Assembly: GCA_937892025.1 (NCBI GenBank)
Contig: CALAVA010000029.1
Location: 1 to 56,569 of the forward strand
Direction of reading: 5' to 3'
Origin: an uncultured Bacteroidales bacterium
GTDB taxonomy: Bacteria; Bacteroidota; Bacteroidia; Bacteroidales; WCHB1-69
Length of the DNA stretch: 56,569 nucleotides
Shown: piece after piece, positions 54,715 through 56,569 of the stretch
Layout: every line of letters starts with the position of its first letter
Position numbering within the stretch: the stretch's first letter is position 1
Position numbers and translations under genes: made by a program
The notes under the pieces: generated by a model
The model's database searches: none
Told to the model about the DNA's origin: nothing
What the model saw: only the letters and a program-made list of their open reading frames with translations

Positions 54715-55146
54715 TTAAACTTCAAAAGATTCATACAACATATTCTTTTGGCTGTATGCTTCAATTATAAGAGCCTTGATTGTCTTCCATTGACTAAGGA
54801 ATTCTTCAAGATAGTCATTACGGAAGAACTGACAACGTGCAAAAGCACAAGGTTTCCGCTGCATACTTCCTCGTACAAAAATAGCGGTTTCCGTTGTGGA
54901 CATTGCAATATCGAACCCATTACCATGGCTTCCACATTCAAGGAAAGCCTTACCATTTTCAACGACAAGTTTTACCCAATGATATGGGTTATGACGGCAT
55001 TCAAATTCGCCATCAAGTGTTGGGTAGTTTTCTTCAATCCATCTTGCAACTTTGTTGAAGTTGTCGATAAGAATCGGATTCGATTTGTTTATTAAGTTGG
55101 TTTCGTAAATGTGTGAATCGATTTCGTGATATTCGTAATTTCTCAT
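54715..55146 (-). CDS. Hypothetical protein
   Basis: 143-aa ORF, the longest frame in this interval. Confidence 0.6.
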   Translation of the reverse strand: MRNYEYHEIDSHIYETNLINKSNPILIDNFNKVARWIEENYPTLDGEFECRHNPYHWVKLVVENGKAFLECGSHGNGFDIAMSTTETAIFVRGSMQRKPCAFARCQFFRNDYLEEFLSQWKTIKALIIEAYSQKNMLYESFEV

Positions 55147-55194
55147 AATTCGTTAGTTTTAATTTTTAAACAAATTAGTGTCTTTCTTTAACTT

Positions 55195-55374
55195 TTAGTC
55201 TTTTATCTCAGTGTAACCTTGTTCTTTGAGTAGGTCGATAACCATTTGTCTATACACTTTTGTTGGGAAACGCAATGCTTTCCACTCTCCCGTTTCAATA
55301 GTGTACATAATCCACCATTTTGCGCGACTCTTGCTTGGCCCAGAAAATAACTTAAATTTCTTTTGTTTTTTCAT
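55195..55374 (-). CDS. Small basic protein (59 aa)
   Basis: 'MKKQKKFKLFSGPSKSRAKWWIMYTIETGEWKALRFPTKVYRQMVIDLLKEQGYTEIKD*'. Sits 34 nt downstream of the 55408 motif; below the track cutoff. Confidence 0.5.
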   Translation of the reverse strand: MKKQKKFKLFSGPSKSRAKWWIMYTIETGEWKALRFPTKVYRQMVIDLLKEQGYTEIKD

Positions 55375-55463
55375 AGTGTGTGTGTTTTATTGGTTAGACA
55401 TTAAATTCATATACAACAATCGTGCCAAGATTACTTTTTGAAGTAACCTTTTATAGATTCTCT
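55372..55463 (-). repeat. Duplicated gene-end / promoter / 5'-UTR cassette, copy 1
   Basis: About 92 nt, roughly 90% identical to 56478-56569. Confidence 0.85.
55408..55430 (-). promoter_or_regulatory. -24/-12-like motif
   Basis: Minus sense: TCTTGGCAC-GATTG-TTGTATATG. Confidence 0.6.
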
Positions 55464-55691
55464 TGTATAAATCATACAAGCGCCAGAAAAGTGAATAATT
55501 TTCACGCTCTTTTCCCGTTCAAAGATAAACCTGCAAAGGTAGATATGATTGATATGATGATTGATACCGCCTTTGTGCAATTCAATCATATCGCTAATTC
55601 CACTATTAGACACCCACCAACAATCATTGTTTGACTTATAGTGCTTGTTAATTGCATCGTTGATTCTCTTAATTCTTTCAGTTTCTTTCAT
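55431..55691 (-). CDS. Hypothetical protein
   Basis: 86-aa ORF whose 3' end lies in the duplicated 92-nt cassette. Confidence 0.55.
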   Translation of the reverse strand: MKETERIKRINDAINKHYKSNNDCWWVSNSGISDMIELHKGGINHHINHIYLCRFIFEREKSVKIIHFSGACMIYTRESIKGYFKK

Positions 55692-55718
55692 AGTATTTAA
55701 TTTTAATTGTTGTTAATT

Positions 55719-55734
55719 GTACGCATTTGCGTAT
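55719..55734. promoter_or_regulatory. Palindromic operator candidate
   Basis: GTACGCA-TT-TGCGTAT, 28 nt upstream of ATG 55691. No TGGCAC motif lies between them. Confidence 0.45.
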
Positions 55735-55740
55735 ATTAAT

Positions 55741-56289
55741 TTAAGTCCACGCAAATTGCCAATCCAACTTTTTGAAGGTATCTTTCATTTGAACATACTT
55801 TTCATAGTTAGGCTCATCCTTATCCAAAAGGTTTCGCTGCCCATGTTTGGAAAGTTGGCTAATGGTCATAATGTTAGTTCCGTCATGATGATAGCCATAG
55901 ACAATGACTTCGCCATCCTTAAACTGAACCTTATAATCCAAATAGTCATTTGAAGATTGCAAGGCAAATTTGATAGCCTCGGTCAATGATGTGAAAACCT
56001 GCTCAATGTAGCCTTTTCTATGACCATTCCAAAGGCCAAGGTCAAAGGTAATCATGTAAAATCCATGCTCAGCCTTTGAAAAGTGGAGGTTATCAAAGAA
56101 TGTATCGTAATCAATTTCAGCCTCTTCGTAAACCCAACTCCAATAATCTTCTGAATATTCTTCTGAAGGCTCCATTTCGTTTTCCTTGCACCATTCAAGA
56201 TAGTTTTCATAGGAATAATCTTCATCATATCCTCTTCCACCACTTTGAATTAAGGTGAAGTCCTTTTTATTAAATTCTTGTTTTGCCAT
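55741..56289 (-). CDS. Hypothetical acidic protein
   Basis: 182-aa ORF. Confidence 0.65.
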   Translation of the reverse strand: MAKQEFNKKDFTLIQSGGRGYDEDYSYENYLEWCKENEMEPSEEYSEDYWSWVYEEAEIDYDTFFDNLHFSKAEHGFYMITFDLGLWNGHRKGYIEQVFTSLTEAIKFALQSSNDYLDYKVQFKDGEVIVYGYHHDGTNIMTISQLSKHGQRNLLDKDEPNYEKYVQMKDTFKKLDWQFAWT

Positions 56290-56300
56290 GATTTTAGTTT

Positions 56301-56480
56301 TTAGTTAAGTTCTCCGATTTCGTCAACTTCCATTTCATCACCATCAATGACTTCATTGTTGGTTCCTTCCCAACCACATTCGGGGCAAACATAGTCCGTA
56401 TTTGCGGTTTCGTAATTGTAATTGGATTCGCCTTGAACAAACTCATGGCCACATTCGGGACAATACATTTTCTCTTCCAT
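56301..56480 (-). CDS. Small zinc-ribbon protein (59 aa)
   Basis: 'MEEKMYCPECGHEF...YVCPECGWEG' has two CPxCG knuckles. Below the track cutoff. Confidence 0.55.
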   Translation of the reverse strand: MEEKMYCPECGHEFVQGESNYNYETANTDYVCPECGWEGTNNEVIDGDEMEVDEIGELN

Positions 56481-56512
56481 AGTGTTATGCTTTTATTGGT
56501 TATACATTAAAA

Positions 56513-56536
56513 CTATATACAACAATCGTGCCAAGA
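56513..56536 (-). promoter_or_regulatory. -24/-12-like motif
   Basis: Minus sense: TCTTGGCAC-GATTG-TTGTATATAG, a duplicate of 55408-55430. Confidence 0.6.
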
Positions 56537-56569
56537 TTACTTTTTGAAGTAACCTTTTATAGATTCTCT
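56537..56569 (-). CDS. 3' end of a paralog of the 55431-55691 gene (partial, runs off the window)
   Basis: The last 33 nt of the window are identical to 55431-55463, including the stop codon. Confidence 0.45.
   Translation of the reverse strand, partial: RESIKGYFKK

Larger units (their letters stand above)
56478..56569 (-). repeat. Duplicated gene-end / promoter / 5'-UTR cassette, copy 2
   Basis: See 55372-55463. It is truncated by the window edge. Confidence 0.85.

Overview
This is an AT-rich 56.6-kb segment of a tailed dsDNA phage genome. The genes are densely packed, often with ATGA start/stop overlaps, and no Shine-Dalgarno sequences are visible. That pattern, the FISUMP-type tail fibre and the 'ESEDEKIRK / WLEKQGEQKP' repeat proteins suggest a Bacteroidota-like host; this is inference only.

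Layout:
- 0.1-49.1 kb is almost entirely + strand. Three - strand insertions interrupt it: tail-fibre genes at 11.3-14.5 kb, one ORF at 19.9-20.6 kb, and DUF5672-like plus GH16 genes at 29.9-31.6 kb.
- 49.15-49.94 kb is non-coding and filled with AT-only repeat motifs and iterons.
- 49.9-56.6 kb is a - strand block with a sigma-70-family sigma factor, small proteins and a cluster of four intact tRNA genes plus two tRNA relics.

Recognisable functions:
- DNA and nucleotide metabolism: macro domain, HNH endonuclease, DUF4326, PD-(D/E)XK nuclease, DUF1848-like Fe-S protein, DNA methyltransferase, SSB, IMPDH/GMP-reductase-like protein, Nudix.
- RNA-end metabolism: three RNA-ligase paralogs, two calcineurin-type phosphoesterases and a HAD phosphatase.
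- Other: thioredoxin, DnaJ, a GT-A glycosyltransferase, a DUF2828/vWA protein, an SPFH protein and GH16.

Most interesting observations:
1. A family of about 40-180-nt structured repeats at nine loci, all in the same orientation, with compensatory stem changes. Mini versions bracket the DUF2828/vWA gene.
2. At least 14 copies of a motif, TGG[C/T]A[C/T]-N5-TTG, with the geometry of a sigma-54 -24/-12 promoter. They sit upstream of genes and of the tRNA cluster on both strands. Some also have an upstream palindrome, GTACGCA-NN-TGCGTAT.
3. A tRNA-Leu(UAA) gene interrupted between U34 and A35 by a 254-nt group-I-like intron.
4. An RNA-repair-like gene set.
5. An AT-motif and iteron array in the strand-switch region.

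All functional calls rest on motifs read by eye. No database search was run.
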